Assembly: GCA_049325575.1 (NCBI GenBank)
Contig: JBMOLK010000188.1
Location: 2,758 to 66,757 of the forward strand
Direction of reading: 5' to 3'
DNA: 64,000 nt
Source: Bacillota bacterium
Lineage (GTDB): Bacteria > Bacillota > Clostridia > Acetivibrionales > Acetivibrionaceae
Below the pieces are notes generated by a model. That model was not told where the DNA came from. It saw only the letters and a program-made list of their open reading frames with translations, and made no database searches. A program made the translations under genes and the position numbers. Positions 1 through 10,244 of this stretch are shown here, piece after piece (positions within the stretch are counted from its first letter, which is position 1; each line of letters starts with the position of its first letter).

Positions 1-1302
1 CAAATTAAGCTTATAGCTTATCATGATGCGCTGACCGGACTCCCAAACCGCTATCTGTTAAATGATTACCTGACTCAGACTCTCTTGCAGTGCAGAATTA
101 ATAAATCCCAACTGGGAGTAATGTTTATTGACCTGGATAGATTCAAGATTATAAATGACACAATGGGGCACAGCTTTGGAGACAGTATCCTAAAGCAAGT
201 ATCAGAGAGACTTAGTAAGTGTGTGCGCAGGGATGATATTGTTTCACGCTATGGCGGCGATGAATTTGTAATAGTATTAAACGGAATTGATAAGGATAGC
301 TGCTCACAAATAGCCCGTAGGGTAATTGATGCCTTCAGTCAGCCTTTTTGCGTAAACAGCCATGATGTATTCTCTACTCCAAGCATAGGAATAAGCTTTT
401 TTCCAAAGGACGGCGACAATGTTGAAACACTTCTTAGAAATGCCGATGCAGCAATGTATCTGGCAAAGGAGCTTGGTAAAAACAATTATCAATTTTACAA
501 TGAAAATATTAACAAGACAGTATCAAGAAAAATGGAACTGGAAAACGGTCTTAGGAAGGCTCTGGCTAACGGGGAGTTTGTGCTGCATTACCAGCCCCAG
601 GTAGATCTGGAGTCGGGCAAAATATCAGGAATTGAAGCTCTTATCCGCTGGCAAAACCCTGTTCACGGACTGATTCCTCCTTCCGAATTTATTCCACTTT
701 CAGAGGAGACAGGTCTTATAGTTCCTATTGGTCAATGGGTGCTTGAAACAGCTTGCAGGCAAAACAAGATGTGGCAGGAGGCGGGATTTCCTGCTGTTCC
801 AATAGCCGTCAATGTTTCGGTTAATCAGTTGTTGTATTCGGATTTTGTAACGGTCTTAAGACAGACACTGGATAAAACCAGGCTGGACCCACAGTATCTT
901 ATAATAGAGATAACTGAAAGCGTGATGCAGGATATAGAAAAAACATATGAAATTATAAAAAGCTTAAAGTCATTGGGGATTAAAGTAGCTATTGATGATT
1001 TTGGTACTGGGTATTCATCAATAAGCCTTCTTAAGAATCTTAAGTTTGATATATTAAAAATAGACCCTTCTTTCACAAGGGACTTTAGTGTCAATCACAG
1101 TTCGGTTGTTCTGGTAAAGTTCATTATAGATCTGGCCCACGAGCTTGATTATTTTGTGATTGCAGAAGGTATTGAAGATAAAAACCAGGCAATGATACTA
1201 AAGGAGAAGAACTGTGACTTAGGACAAGGATATTACTTTAGCAGACCTCTACCGGGCGAAAGTCTGGAAAAAATCCTGAACAATACATATCACCAAATCT
1301 AA
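1..1302 (+). CDS. GGDEF-EAL domain protein (diguanylate cyclase/phosphodiesterase), 5' end outside window
   Basis: Frame 1 is open from base 1 and reads [10 protein letters not shown]...RYGGDEF (GGDEF). It continues with EALIRW...DDFGTGYSS (EAL) motifs, so the ORF-track start at 85 is internal. Confidence 0.85.
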   Translation, partial: QIKLIAYHDALTGLPNRYLLNDYLTQTLLQCRINKSQLGVMFIDLDRFKIINDTMGHSFGDSILKQVSERLSKCVRRDDIVSRYGGDEFVIVLNGIDKDSCSQIARRVIDAFSQPFCVNSHDVFSTPSIGISFFPKDGDNVETLLRNADAAMYLAKELGKNNYQFYNENINKTVSRKMELENGLRKALANGEFVLHYQPQVDLESGKISGIEALIRWQNPVHGLIPPSEFIPLSEETGLIVPIGQWVLETACRQNKMWQEAGFPAVPIAVNVSVNQLLYSDFVTVLRQTLDKTRLDPQYLIIEITESVMQDIEKTYEIIKSLKSLGIKVAIDDFGTGYSSISLLKNLKFDILKIDPSFTRDFSVNHSSVVLVKFIIDLAHELDYFVIAEGIEDKNQAMILKEKNCDLGQGYYFSRPLPGESLEKILNNTYHQI

Positions 1303-1355
1303 GCATTTAAAACAGAAAGAACCCTGTTCATTTTAACATGCCTCGCCTAAAAACC

Positions 1356-1380
1356 TAGTAAACCTATAGGAATTTATAAA
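1356..1380 (+). promoter_or_regulatory. CymR-type operator (AAACCTATAGGAATTT) just upstream of -35 TTGACA (1398-1403)
   Basis: Matches the ATMGGAATTW core of the B. subtilis CymR consensus. The same motif recurs at 1588-1600, 58005-58025, 58512-58524, 60884-60897 and 63318-63330 (minus strand). Confidence 0.55.
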
Positions 1381-1440
1381 AATATTTTTATAAAGTATTG
1401 ACATATTTTTCATGATGCTTTAAAATAATAACATACTAAA

Positions 1441-1457
1441 CATATAAGAATACTGGG
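1441..1457 (+). promoter_or_regulatory. second half-site-like box CATATAAGAATACTGGG downstream of the -10 (TAAAAT 1421-1426)
   Basis: Identical 17-mer at 60966-60983 in the cysK promoter, in the same relative position. Confidence 0.4.
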
Positions 1458-1587
1458 AAATAAAATATTTTATGGGGGAAATAAAAGATACTGTCCAAAA
1501 CCAATTTCCACAAGTCTTAAGAAGTAAAAAGAGCTGTTAATAGGGTTAATAAAAATGAGGCCTAAATTTGCATTAAACCCGAGTAAA

Positions 1588-1600
1588 CCTATAGGAATAC
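1588..1600 (+). promoter_or_regulatory. CymR-type operator copy (CCTATAGGAATAC) immediately before the RBS of the first operon gene
   Basis: Motif repeat; a roadblock position. Confidence 0.45.
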
Positions 1601-1612
1601 TAATAAAGGAGA

Positions 1613-1843
1613 ATGATTATGGCAGAAAAACCTATACGCAGTATAGTAAAGGCCGTTTCGTGGAGAGCAACCGGAACACTTGATACTATTATAATATCTT
1701 TCTTTATCACAGGCGAAATTAAATTTGCTATATCCATCGGATTTATTGAATTAATTACGAAAACAACACTTTACTTTATTCACGAAAGAATTTGGAATCG
1801 TATAAAATTTGGTAAAACTAAGGAACCGGAGTTTCATATTTAG
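1613..1843 (+). CDS. small membrane protein (DUF2061-like), first gene of sulfur operon
   Basis: 76 aa, two hydrophobic helices, a WRxxGxxDT motif and an AAAGGAG RBS. Confidence 0.5.
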   Translation: MIMAEKPIRSIVKAVSWRATGTLDTIIISFFITGEIKFAISIGFIELITKTTLYFIHERIWNRIKFGKTKEPEFHI

Positions 1844-1860
1844 TAAAGGAGGGAAAAAGC

Positions 1861-2580
1861 TTGAGCAAATTGAATGTGGAAGCGTTAAATAATGAGTACA
1901 AAGATAAGTCTGCCGAAGAAACAATGAGATTTATAATTGACAGCCTGGGGTCTAGTAGAGTGATTCTTGCTTCCAGTATGTCCATAGAGGACCAGGTACT
2001 TACCGATATGCTTCTTAGAATCGACCCAAAAGCAAGAATTTTCTTTATTGATACTGGCAGGCATTTTCAGAAGACCTATGACCTTATGGAAGAGACTATG
2101 GGTAGGTATAAGTTTAATTATGAGGTCTATGCACCGGAACGTAAAGAATTGGAGCCGGCTGTTTCAGAATACGGACCAAATTTCTTTTATGAGAGTGTTG
2201 AGCTTAGAAAGAAGTGCTGTGAGATAAGAAAGGTTAACCCCTTAAAAAGAGTTCTAAGTACAGTGGATGCTTGGATTTGCGGACTAAGGAGGGAGCAGTC
2301 CCAAACCCGCCAGGATATAGAAATTTTTGAGTGGGACGAAGCCCATTCCATTTATAAAATAAATCCAATTGCGTTTTGGGATGAAGAACGTGTATGGGGT
2401 TACATAAAAGAGAAGAATGTACCCTACAGCAGCTTGTATAATAATGATTTTAGAAGTATTGGCTGCCAGCCGTGCACCCGGGCGGTAAAGCCTGGTGAGG
2501 ATGTACGCAGCGGAAGATGGTGGTGGGAGGACCCGGATAAAAAGGAATGCGGCCTGCACCTTGGCGCAAGACATTGTTAA
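1861..2580 (+). CDS. cysH: adenylyl-sulfate/phosphoadenylyl-sulfate reductase (thioredoxin-dependent, Fe-S type)
   Basis: PAPS-reductase fold. The CC...CxxC cysteine pairs (KKCCEIR, GCQPCTR) are typical of APS reductases, and there is a C-terminal ECGLH catalytic motif. TTG start with GGAGGG RBS. Confidence 0.85.
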   Translation: MSKLNVEALNNEYKDKSAEETMRFIIDSLGSSRVILASSMSIEDQVLTDMLLRIDPKARIFFIDTGRHFQKTYDLMEETMGRYKFNYEVYAPERKELEPAVSEYGPNFFYESVELRKKCCEIRKVNPLKRVLSTVDAWICGLRREQSQTRQDIEIFEWDEAHSIYKINPIAFWDEERVWGYIKEKNVPYSSLYNNDFRSIGCQPCTRAVKPGEDVRSGRWWWEDPDKKECGLHLGARHC

Positions 2581-2658
2581 ATATGACCTTGATAAAAAGG
2601 ATTACATCCAGTTTGCTAGGAGGTATTCCGCTTACTTAAGTTTAAGGAGGAAGCAAAT

Positions 2659-3540
2659 ATGAATCATTTGGATAAGTTGGAAGCACAGAGTGTTTATATA
2701 TTTAGGGAAGCGTACAGGGAATTTAAAAATATCTGTATGCTGTGGTCCATAGGAAAAGACAGTACAGTGCTTTTATGGCTGGCCAGAAAGGCTTTTTTCG
2801 GCCATGTGCCCATACCCCTTGTGCATATAGATACAAACTATAAAATGCCGGAAATGATCAGATACAGGGATGAACTTGCACTTAAATGGAAATTGACCAT
2901 GATCTATGGCCAAAATAGAGAGGCTCTAGAGAAGAAAAACACGTTCCCTGACGGAAAGATAGACCGTATCAGCTGCTGTCAGGCACTAAAGTCCGAAGCC
3001 CTGAAAAACACCCTGTCAGGGGAATGGGACAGGTATATAATGGATCATAGTACCGGTAAATATGTAACTGATTCAAACAGGGAAAAGTTTACAGGTGTTA
3101 TTGTTGGTGTAAGGGCTGATGAAGAGGGAAGCCGTTCAAAAGAGAGGTACTTCTCCCCCAGGGATAAGGAAAATGACTGGGATGTTGGGGACCAGCCTCC
3201 GGAGTTCTGGAACCAGTTTAAGACGGATTTTGCTCCCGGAACACATATAAGGATTCATCCGCTGCTTGATTGGACTGAGCTTAATATCTGGGAATACATT
3301 GAAAGAGAAAATATACCCATTACTTCGCTCTATTTTGACCAGGGGAACGGCAAGCGCTACAGATCACTTGGGTGCTATCCATGTACTCTCCCGGTTGATT
3401 CAACAGCGAAAAATGTAAGCGAAATAATTGAGGAGTTAAAGAGTGGTAAATTTTCTAAAATCGCAGAAAGGTCTGGCCGTGCACAGGATAAGGATGACGG
3501 CGGAGGACTTGAAACCTTAAGAAGGGGAGGGTATATGTAA
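2659..3540 (+). CDS. cysD: sulfate adenylyltransferase subunit 2
   Basis: [16 protein letters not shown]-loop and typical CysD length. Confidence 0.9.
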   Translation: MNHLDKLEAQSVYIFREAYREFKNICMLWSIGKDSTVLLWLARKAFFGHVPIPLVHIDTNYKMPEMIRYRDELALKWKLTMIYGQNREALEKKNTFPDGKIDRISCCQALKSEALKNTLSGEWDRYIMDHSTGKYVTDSNREKFTGVIVGVRADEEGSRSKERYFSPRDKENDWDVGDQPPEFWNQFKTDFAPGTHIRIHPLLDWTELNIWEYIERENIPITSLYFDQGNGKRYRSLGCYPCTLPVDSTAKNVSEIIEELKSGKFSKIAERSGRAQDKDDGGGLETLRRGGYM

Positions 3541-3541
3541 T

Positions 3542-5338
3542 ATGGAAACCAGAGAACAGATGAACATTGTAATCGTTGGACATGTAGATCACGGTAAAAG
3601 TACTGTCATAGGGAGGCTCCTTGCAGATACCGGCTCTCTTCCCGAGGGTAAGCTTGAATCTGTAAAGAACTACTGTAAAAAGAACTCAAGGCCCTTTGAA
3701 TATGCATTTCTATTGGATGCCTTAAAGGATGAGCAGGCCCAAGGGATTACCATTGATACTGCAAGATGCTTTTTTAAGACGAAAAAACGGGATTACATTA
3801 TTATTGATGCGCCAGGACATATAGAGTTTCTAAAGAACATGGTTACTGGTGCGTCAAGGGCGGAGGCTGCACTTTTGGTCATAGATGCCAAGGAAGGGAT
3901 CAGGGAGAATTCAAAAAGACATGGACATATAGTTTCCATGCTGGGTATCAAGCAGGTGGTTGTGCTTGTTAACAAAATGGACCTGATAGATTTCGACAGG
4001 GAAGTATTTAACAACATCAGTACCGAGTTTACGGCGTTTTTGAACAAGATAAATATCAAGCCCATAAGCTTTATACCCATTAGTGCTTTTAATGGGGACA
4101 ATATTGCGGATAGATCGCCCAATACCTTGTGGTATGATGGACCTACGGTGTTGGAGCAGGTGGATGGTTTTATCAACAGGAAAGAAAATCAGGAGCTTCC
4201 ATTCCGCATGCCTGTACAGGATATCTACAAGTTTACTGAAGAAGGTGATGACAGACGAATTGTAGCAGGTACGGTTTTAAGCGGTACAATCAACACCGGT
4301 GACGAGGTTGTTTTCTTACCTTCCAAAAAGAGAAGTACTGTTAACAGTATTGAAGGATTTAATGTGAAACCAAGAGACACCGCATATGCAGATGAAGCAA
4401 TAGGGGTGACGCTTAAAACCCAAATCTACATTAAACCTGGAGAACTGATGGTTAAAGCCAGTGAAAAACTGCCTGTGGTGAGCTCTCGTTTCAGGGTAAA
4501 TATATTCTGGGTAGGCAAGGCACCCCTTATAAAAAATAAAAACTATAAGCTAAAAATCGGAACAATGAGAATACCGGTAAAGCTTGTTGAAATATTAAAC
4601 ATTATTGATGCTGCGGAGCTTAATATTGATACATTTAAGGACCAGGTAGAGAGGCATGATGTAGCAGAGATTATTTTAGAAACTGCAAAGCCTATAGCCT
4701 TCGATCCGGTTTCCGATATTGAACTGACCGGAAGGTTTGTAATAGTGGATAACTATGAAATATCAGGGGGCGGAATTATATTAGAGGGCGTATCCGATAC
4801 CGACAATACACTGGTAGAACACATAAAGGACAGAGAGTTCCTATGGGAAAAAGGTCTGGTATCATCTGCGCAAAGAGAAGAGGCTTATGGCCATAAGCCT
4901 AAATTTATAGTAATTACATCAGGCAGCGAGGGGAATGAAAAAGCTGTACAGGATATAGGAAAAGAATTGGAAGACAGACTTTTTAAAATGAAATACAAGG
5001 CATACTACCTTGGGGTTTCAAGCTTCCTTCATGGCCTAGCCGCAGACGCGGGTTCCAGTTATGAGGGAAGGGACGAACATATAAGGCAGATTGGAGAACT
5101 GGCAAGGATATTTACCGATTCGGGACAGATTTTCATAACTTCCATATTCAATCTGGATGATTATGAAGCAGGAAAGCTCAAACTTCTGAACCAACCAAAT
5201 GACATATTGGTTGTAAATGTCGGTGAAACACCCTTTGACAGTTTTAAGCCTGATGCAAGTATAAAGATAGATGGGGCTGTGGATGAAGTTTGTGATCTAT
5301 TGAAAAAACATGACATAATACTTGAATATTACCTGTAG
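3542..5338 (+). CDS. cysN: sulfate adenylyltransferase subunit 1 (GTPase) with C-terminal APS-kinase-like domain lacking a canonical P-loop
   Basis: [10 protein letters not shown]1 motif and EF-Tu-like domains. The last ~170 aa resemble CysC, but the P-loop position reads [10 protein letters not shown] instead of GLSGSGKST. Confidence 0.85.
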   Translation: METREQMNIVIVGHVDHGKSTVIGRLLADTGSLPEGKLESVKNYCKKNSRPFEYAFLLDALKDEQAQGITIDTARCFFKTKKRDYIIIDAPGHIEFLKNMVTGASRAEAALLVIDAKEGIRENSKRHGHIVSMLGIKQVVVLVNKMDLIDFDREVFNNISTEFTAFLNKINIKPISFIPISAFNGDNIADRSPNTLWYDGPTVLEQVDGFINRKENQELPFRMPVQDIYKFTEEGDDRRIVAGTVLSGTINTGDEVVFLPSKKRSTVNSIEGFNVKPRDTAYADEAIGVTLKTQIYIKPGELMVKASEKLPVVSSRFRVNIFWVGKAPLIKNKNYKLKIGTMRIPVKLVEILNIIDAAELNIDTFKDQVERHDVAEIILETAKPIAFDPVSDIELTGRFVIVDNYEISGGGIILEGVSDTDNTLVEHIKDREFLWEKGLVSSAQREEAYGHKPKFIVITSGSEGNEKAVQDIGKELEDRLFKMKYKAYYLGVSSFLHGLAADAGSSYEGRDEHIRQIGELARIFTDSGQIFITSIFNLDDYEAGKLKLLNQPNDILVVNVGETPFDSFKPDASIKIDGAVDEVCDLLKKHDIILEYYL

Positions 5339-5386
5339 TGAGAAGCCTGGAACTTATAATGTGTTAAATATATAGGAGGTTTTAAA

Positions 5387-5596
5387 ATGAAAGTCGTTGT
5401 AAATGGAAAGGATGTATTACTCGAAAAGGAGATTACAATAAAAGAGCTCTTAATGACTCAGAAGGTTGAAATGCAAAATTATGTCACCGTACAGGTAAAT
5501 GATGAACTGATAGCAAGAGAGGACTTTGAAACCTTGACTGTCAAGGAGGGAGATGTGGTAGAATTCCTTTACTTCATGGGTGGAGGTGCTGTATGA
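5387..5596 (+). CDS. ThiS/MoaD-family sulfur-carrier protein (HcyS/CysO-like) with GG plus 2-residue C-terminal extension
   Basis: 69 aa beta-grasp protein ending FMGGGAV. Translationally coupled to the E1 gene. Confidence 0.7.
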   Translation: MKVVVNGKDVLLEKEITIKELLMTQKVEMQNYVTVQVNDELIAREDFETLTVKEGDVVEFLYFMGGGAV

Positions 5597-6405
5597 ACTT
5601 CACCAATGAGCAGCTGGAGAGGTATTCCAGACACATTATTCTAAAAGAGGTGGGAGCAAAGGGACAAAAAAAGCTTCTTGGGTCAAAGGTTCTGATCGTT
5701 GGAACAGGGGGTCTTGGAGCACCGGCAGCTATGTTCCTGGCGGCTGCGGGAATTGGGACTATAGGTCTTGTAGATTTTGATGCAGTGGAGCTTTCAAACC
5801 TTCAAAGACAGATTATCCACCTTACAAAGGACGTAGGTAAGCCCAAGGTTCTATCGGGAAAGGAAACAATAAATGAAATGAACCCTGATGTGGAGGTTGT
5901 CACATATAAGGAATGGGTAAGCGCGGCAAATATAAAGGATATTATAAATGACAGGGATTATGATTTTATTATAGACGGGACGGATAATTTTCCGGCAAAG
6001 TTCCTGATTAACGATGCTTGTGTTCTTACAAAAAAGCCGTTTTCGCATGCCGGTATCATAAGATTCCAGGGTCAGACAATGACCTATGTACCGGAAAAAG
6101 GCCCCTGCTACAGGTGTATATTTCAAAATCCCCCTCCGCCGGATGCCGTACCTACCTGTAAACAGGCCGGGGTGCTGGGTGTTATGGGGGGCATCATTGG
6201 TACTATCCAGGCAACTGAAGCCATTAAATATGTTCTTGGCGTAGGCGATTTACTGACAGGATATCTTCTGACTTATGATGCGCTGGATATGGATTTTAGA
6301 AAGATTAAGCTGCCGGATAATAAGAACTGCCAGGTTTGTGGAGAAAATGCAACAATAAAGGAGCTTATAGACTATGAACAGGCAGCCTGCGACTTGAAAC
6401 TGTGA
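5593..6405 (+). CDS. ThiF/MoeB-family E1-like sulfur-carrier adenylyltransferase (HcyF/MoeZ-like)
   Basis: GTGGLGAP Rossmann motif, CxxC...C zinc motif, and no rhodanese domain. Confidence 0.8.
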   Translation: MNFTNEQLERYSRHIILKEVGAKGQKKLLGSKVLIVGTGGLGAPAAMFLAAAGIGTIGLVDFDAVELSNLQRQIIHLTKDVGKPKVLSGKETINEMNPDVEVVTYKEWVSAANIKDIINDRDYDFIIDGTDNFPAKFLINDACVLTKKPFSHAGIIRFQGQTMTYVPEKGPCYRCIFQNPPPPDAVPTCKQAGVLGVMGGIIGTIQATEAIKYVLGVGDLLTGYLLTYDALDMDFRKIKLPDNKNCQVCGENATIKELIDYEQAACDLKL

Positions 6406-6456
6406 TAAACGGCGGATCAAAATAATATAAGTGTTTATTTAGGAAGGTGACTAATA

Positions 6457-6873
6457 TTGGTTGTAATAACAAAGCAACAATATAAAGACATATTGGATCA
6501 TTCCCTTGGGGCTTTACCAAATGAAGCCTGCGGGCTTTTGGGCGGCATAGCTGTAAACGATATAAAATATGTGAAAAGGGTATACCTGCTTACCAATATT
6601 GATAATAGCCCCGAGCACTTTTCAATGGACCCTAAGGAGCAGTTTTCGGCGGTAAAGGATATGAGGAGCAACGGGTGGGTGATGCTGGGGAATTTTCACA
6701 GCCATCCTGCCTCACCTTCACGTCCTTCTGAAGAAGACAAAAGGCTGGCATTCGATCCCGGGGTCAGCTACTTGATCATATCGCTGATGGATCAAGAGAA
6801 TATTGTTTTAAAGAGCTTTAGTATAATTAAGAGTGAGGCTTTAGAGGAAGAATTAGTTATAGAAGGAGAATGA
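6457..6873 (+). CDS. JAMM/MPN+ metalloprotease (HcyD/Mec+-like) that would trim the carrier C-terminus
   Basis: HSHPASPSRPSEED JAMM motif (HxHx7Sx2D) with an upstream E. Confidence 0.75.
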   Translation: MVVITKQQYKDILDHSLGALPNEACGLLGGIAVNDIKYVKRVYLLTNIDNSPEHFSMDPKEQFSAVKDMRSNGWVMLGNFHSHPASPSRPSEEDKRLAFDPGVSYLIISLMDQENIVLKSFSIIKSEALEEELVIEGE

Positions 6874-7742
6874 CTATGGCAGGTGTAGATTACAAGGAAC
6901 TTAAAAAAGGCGGTTTCATGCGTCAGGTACAAAAAGACAATTTTGCTCTAAGGCTAAGAATTGTAGGCGGCCAAATTGAGGCAGATCAATTGCTCAAGGT
7001 TTATGAAATCGCAAAGAAGTACGGACAGGGTTATATTCATATGACTGCACGTCAAAGTATTGAAATTCCCCATATTAAGCTTCAGGATATTGAGGCTGTA
7101 AAAAAAGAGCTGCTTGATGCTGGGCTGCAGCCTGGGGCATGCGGCCCGAGGGTAAGGACAATTACTGCATGCCAGGGCAGTACAATTTGTACCAGCGGAT
7201 TGATAGATACAAATTCCCTGGCAAAGGAATTTGACGAAAAATACTATGCCAGGGAATTACCTCATAAGTTTAAGCTTGGTATTACAGGCTGCCGCAACAA
7301 CTGTCTTAAGGCCGAGGAAAATGACCTTGGAGTGAAGGGCGGGATGAAACCGGAATGGATTGAGGGCAACTGTACTTTCTGTGGGCTCTGTGAAGTGGTT
7401 TGCCGTGAGAAGGCCATTATGGTAGATAAGAAAAATCGAAAGCTTGATTTTGATGAAAGCGCCTGCAATTACTGCGGACGCTGCGTAAAATCTTGTCCTG
7501 TGGAAGCCTGGGAAGGTAAAAGCGGGTTTATTATCTATTTCGGTGGGTTGTTTGGCAACAGGATTGCCATTGGAAAGCAGCTTTTTCCTATTATTTTTTC
7601 CAAAGAAGTACTCCACAGGGTAATAGAAACCACACTTGAATTCTTTAAAAAGCATGGAAAACAAAGTGAGCGTTTTGGGAACACCCTTGACCGTGTTGGT
7701 TGGGAGCTTTTTCAAAAAGAGCTGGAGGAGGTTATAAAATGA
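6870..7742 (+). CDS. small assimilatory sulfite reductase (nitrite/sulfite reductase siroheme-4Fe4S domain plus 2x[4Fe-4S] ferredoxin)
   Basis: CxxCxxC...CP ferredoxin motifs (CTFCGLCEVVC, CNYCGRCVKSCP) and a NiR/SiR-type Cys cluster. Confidence 0.65.
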   Translation: MTMAGVDYKELKKGGFMRQVQKDNFALRLRIVGGQIEADQLLKVYEIAKKYGQGYIHMTARQSIEIPHIKLQDIEAVKKELLDAGLQPGACGPRVRTITACQGSTICTSGLIDTNSLAKEFDEKYYARELPHKFKLGITGCRNNCLKAEENDLGVKGGMKPEWIEGNCTFCGLCEVVCREKAIMVDKKNRKLDFDESACNYCGRCVKSCPVEAWEGKSGFIIYFGGLFGNRIAIGKQLFPIIFSKEVLHRVIETTLEFFKKHGKQSERFGNTLDRVGWELFQKELEEVIK

Positions 7743-7984
7743 GTGAAATTAAAGCGGATTCCTTTGTAGATATTACCGATGTGGTTTGTCCCATGACTTT
7801 TGTGAAAGCCAAGGTTGCCATTGAGGAACTGGAGGACGGGCAGGTTCTAGAAGTGAGGATGAACGAGGGAGAGCCAATAATGAACGTGCCTAAAAGCTTT
7901 AAAGAGGAAGGCCACAAGGTTATAAACGTAACAAACAATAATGACGGAACATTTACAGTGTTTGTTGAAAAGGGTGGAATATAA
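7739..7984 (+). CDS. TusA/SirA-like sulfurtransferase
   Basis: DITDVVCPMTF matches the CPxP-type TusA motif. A likely start at 7739 has a GGAGGAGG RBS, whereas the ORF track starts at 7700. Confidence 0.55.
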   Translation: MSEIKADSFVDITDVVCPMTFVKAKVAIEELEDGQVLEVRMNEGEPIMNVPKSFKEEGHKVINVTNNNDGTFTVFVEKGGI

Positions 7985-9214
7985 ATGAGATTTAATACAG
8001 CTCTTTTACACGGTAATTTTACATCTGATGGTAAAACCGGTGCTACAACAACTCCCATATACCAGTCTTCCTCCTTTAAACACGGGACAGCTGAAGAATT
8101 GGAGAATGTTTTCAATGGACGTGAACCGGGCTACATCTACACAAGAATAAATAATCCCTCTATTGAAGCCTTCGAGATGCGCATTGCCTATCTTGAAGGC
8201 GGAGTTGGTGCCGTTGCATGTGCTTCCGGAATGGCGGCTGTAACACTTGCTCTGCTGAATATTTTAAAGAGCGGGGATGAGATTGTATCGGGAAGCGGTA
8301 TTTTCGGGGGCACCCATTCTCTTTTTAAGTGCTTTGAAGACTTCGGCATAACTGCAAGATTTGCCAAAGATAATAGCGTAGGCAGCTTTGAAGAATGCAT
8401 CAATGAGAAAACAAGAGTTATTTTTGTAGAAACCATAGGTAATCCCAGGCTTGATGTACCCGATATCAAAGCTTTGTCGGAGCTGGCGCACAGGTTTGGA
8501 ATTCCGCTTGTAGTAGACAGCACTGTTACAACTCCATACCTTGTAAAGCCTATAAGTCTTGGTGCGGATATTGTAGTTCACTCAACCTCAAAATATATAA
8601 ACGGAAGCGGTAATTCCATTGGAGGAATTATAGTTGACAGCGGAAAATTCAAATGGGATATTAATAAATACCCCTCATTAAAGGCTTATAAGAAATTTGG
8701 AGAGTTTGTATATCTTGCAAAGCTTAGAAAAAGCTTGTTCAAAGATTTTGGAGCATGTATGTCCCCTTTTAATGCATATCTTAGCAGTCTGGGGCTTGAA
8801 ACCCTGGCTTTAAGGATGGACCGGCTTTGCAGCAATGCACTGGGTCTTGCCAAAAGCTTACAGGATAATCCAAAGGTTGTTTCTGTAAATTATCCCGGGC
8901 TTAATGAAAGTGAATATTATACTTTGGCAGATGAGCAGTTTAATGGTAAATTTGGTGCTATTCTTACAATAAGGGTTGGCTCAAAAGAAAATGCCTTTAA
9001 GTTAATAAATTCACTTAAATATGCTGCAAACCTTGCCAATATTGGTGATGTAAGAACATTGGTTATCCATCCGGCTTCAACCATCTACGCAACTAATAAT
9101 ATCGAAGAGAAAGAAATAATGGGGGCCCATGAGGATTTGATAAGGATAAGTGTCGGGCTTGAGGACATTGAAGATATTGTGGAAGACTTCACTCAAGCGT
9201 TGAATATGGTATAA
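7985..9214 (+). CDS. metY: O-acetylhomoserine sulfhydrylase family PLP enzyme
   Basis: Cys/Met-metabolism PLP fold with the PLP-lysine region HSTSKYINGSGNSIGG. Its position follows a thiocarboxylate carrier module. Confidence 0.8.
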   Translation: MRFNTALLHGNFTSDGKTGATTTPIYQSSSFKHGTAEELENVFNGREPGYIYTRINNPSIEAFEMRIAYLEGGVGAVACASGMAAVTLALLNILKSGDEIVSGSGIFGGTHSLFKCFEDFGITARFAKDNSVGSFEECINEKTRVIFVETIGNPRLDVPDIKALSELAHRFGIPLVVDSTVTTPYLVKPISLGADIVVHSTSKYINGSGNSIGGIIVDSGKFKWDINKYPSLKAYKKFGEFVYLAKLRKSLFKDFGACMSPFNAYLSSLGLETLALRMDRLCSNALGLAKSLQDNPKVVSVNYPGLNESEYYTLADEQFNGKFGAILTIRVGSKENAFKLINSLKYAANLANIGDVRTLVIHPASTIYATNNIEEKEIMGAHEDLIRISVGLEDIEDIVEDFTQALNMV

Positions 9215-9232
9215 CTTGATGCGGAGGTAGCT

Positions 9233-10141
9233 TTGACGATGTATGATGTAATAATAGTAGGAAAGGGCCCGGCGGGCTTGTCGGCAGCACTTTATACATT
9301 AAGGGCAAATCTTAGGACACTGGTCATAGGTAAAAGTGACAGTGTTCTTTTAAAGGCTGAAAAAATAGAGAATTATTTCGGGTTTAAGGATACTGTAAGC
9401 GGCAGTGAACTGCTTAATGCAGGAGAACATCAAGCTCTGAAGCTGGGAGCCGATATTGTGGACGAAGAGGTTCTTGGTATAAACCAAAGCGAAGGCTTTG
9501 AAGTAATCACCTCTAAAAACAAGTACGCAGGCATAGCAGTGCTACTGGCAGCAGGTCAGCCCCAAAAGAAACTTAAGATTGAAGGGTTGCAGGAATTAGA
9601 GGGTAGAGGCGTAAGCTACTGTACGACCTGCGATGGTTTTTTCTACAGGGGATTGAAGGTTGGTGTTCTTGGCAACAGTGATTATGCAGTGCATGAAGCA
9701 GAGGAACTCAAGGCTTTTACCAATAATATCACAATATATACAAATGGACGTGATCTTCAGTATAAGGGCGATTATAATGACATTATGAAAAGTTTTAATA
9801 TCGAAAGTAAAAGTATCTTAAAGCTTGAAGGGGATGAATACCTTCAATACATATGCTTTAGTGATGGCTCAAAAGATAGAATAGACGGGCTGTTTATTGC
9901 AAATGAAAGCGCTTCCAGTATTGACTTCGCAAGAAAGCTGGGAGTAATTACAGAAGGTGCATCAATCATTGTTGACAAAGAACAAAAAACCAATGTGGAA
10001 GGGCTGTATGCCGCCGGCGACTGTACAGGAGGCTTTAAGCAGATAGCTACAGCAGTTGGCCAGGGGGCCCTTGCAGCAAGGCATATAATTGAATTTGTAA
10101 GGAATTTAAAAAAGGGCGCTGCATCTGATACTGTAATTTAA
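9233..10141 (+). CDS. trxB: thioredoxin-disulfide reductase-like FAD/NAD(P) oxidoreductase
   Basis: GKGPAGLSAALY FAD motif and CTTCDG redox CxxC. Confidence 0.7.
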   Translation: MTMYDVIIVGKGPAGLSAALYTLRANLRTLVIGKSDSVLLKAEKIENYFGFKDTVSGSELLNAGEHQALKLGADIVDEEVLGINQSEGFEVITSKNKYAGIAVLLAAGQPQKKLKIEGLQELEGRGVSYCTTCDGFFYRGLKVGVLGNSDYAVHEAEELKAFTNNITIYTNGRDLQYKGDYNDIMKSFNIESKSILKLEGDEYLQYICFSDGSKDRIDGLFIANESASSIDFARKLGVITEGASIIVDKEQKTNVEGLYAAGDCTGGFKQIATAVGQGALAARHIIEFVRNLKKGAASDTVI

Positions 10142-10211
10142 AAGACAAGCAAGAGATGATAGCAATTAAAAAGAGCACAGGAGCAAATAAAGCTTATCAT
10201 TGTGCGCTGGC

Positions 10212-10244
10212 AGCACCCTGCCTTTGGGGTGCTTTCTTCTTCTT
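10212..10244 (+). terminator. rho-independent terminator of sulfur operon
   Basis: AGCACCC-TGCCTTT-GGGGTGCT hairpin followed by TTCTTCTTCTT. Confidence 0.55.

Noticed and set aside
1303-1612. Looked for an S-box (SAM) or T-box leader ahead of the sulfur operon
   Set aside because: No conserved S-box or T-box core (for example the AGGGTGGNACCGCG region) or antiterminator/terminator pair was seen. The repeated ATAGGAAT operator explains the leader better.
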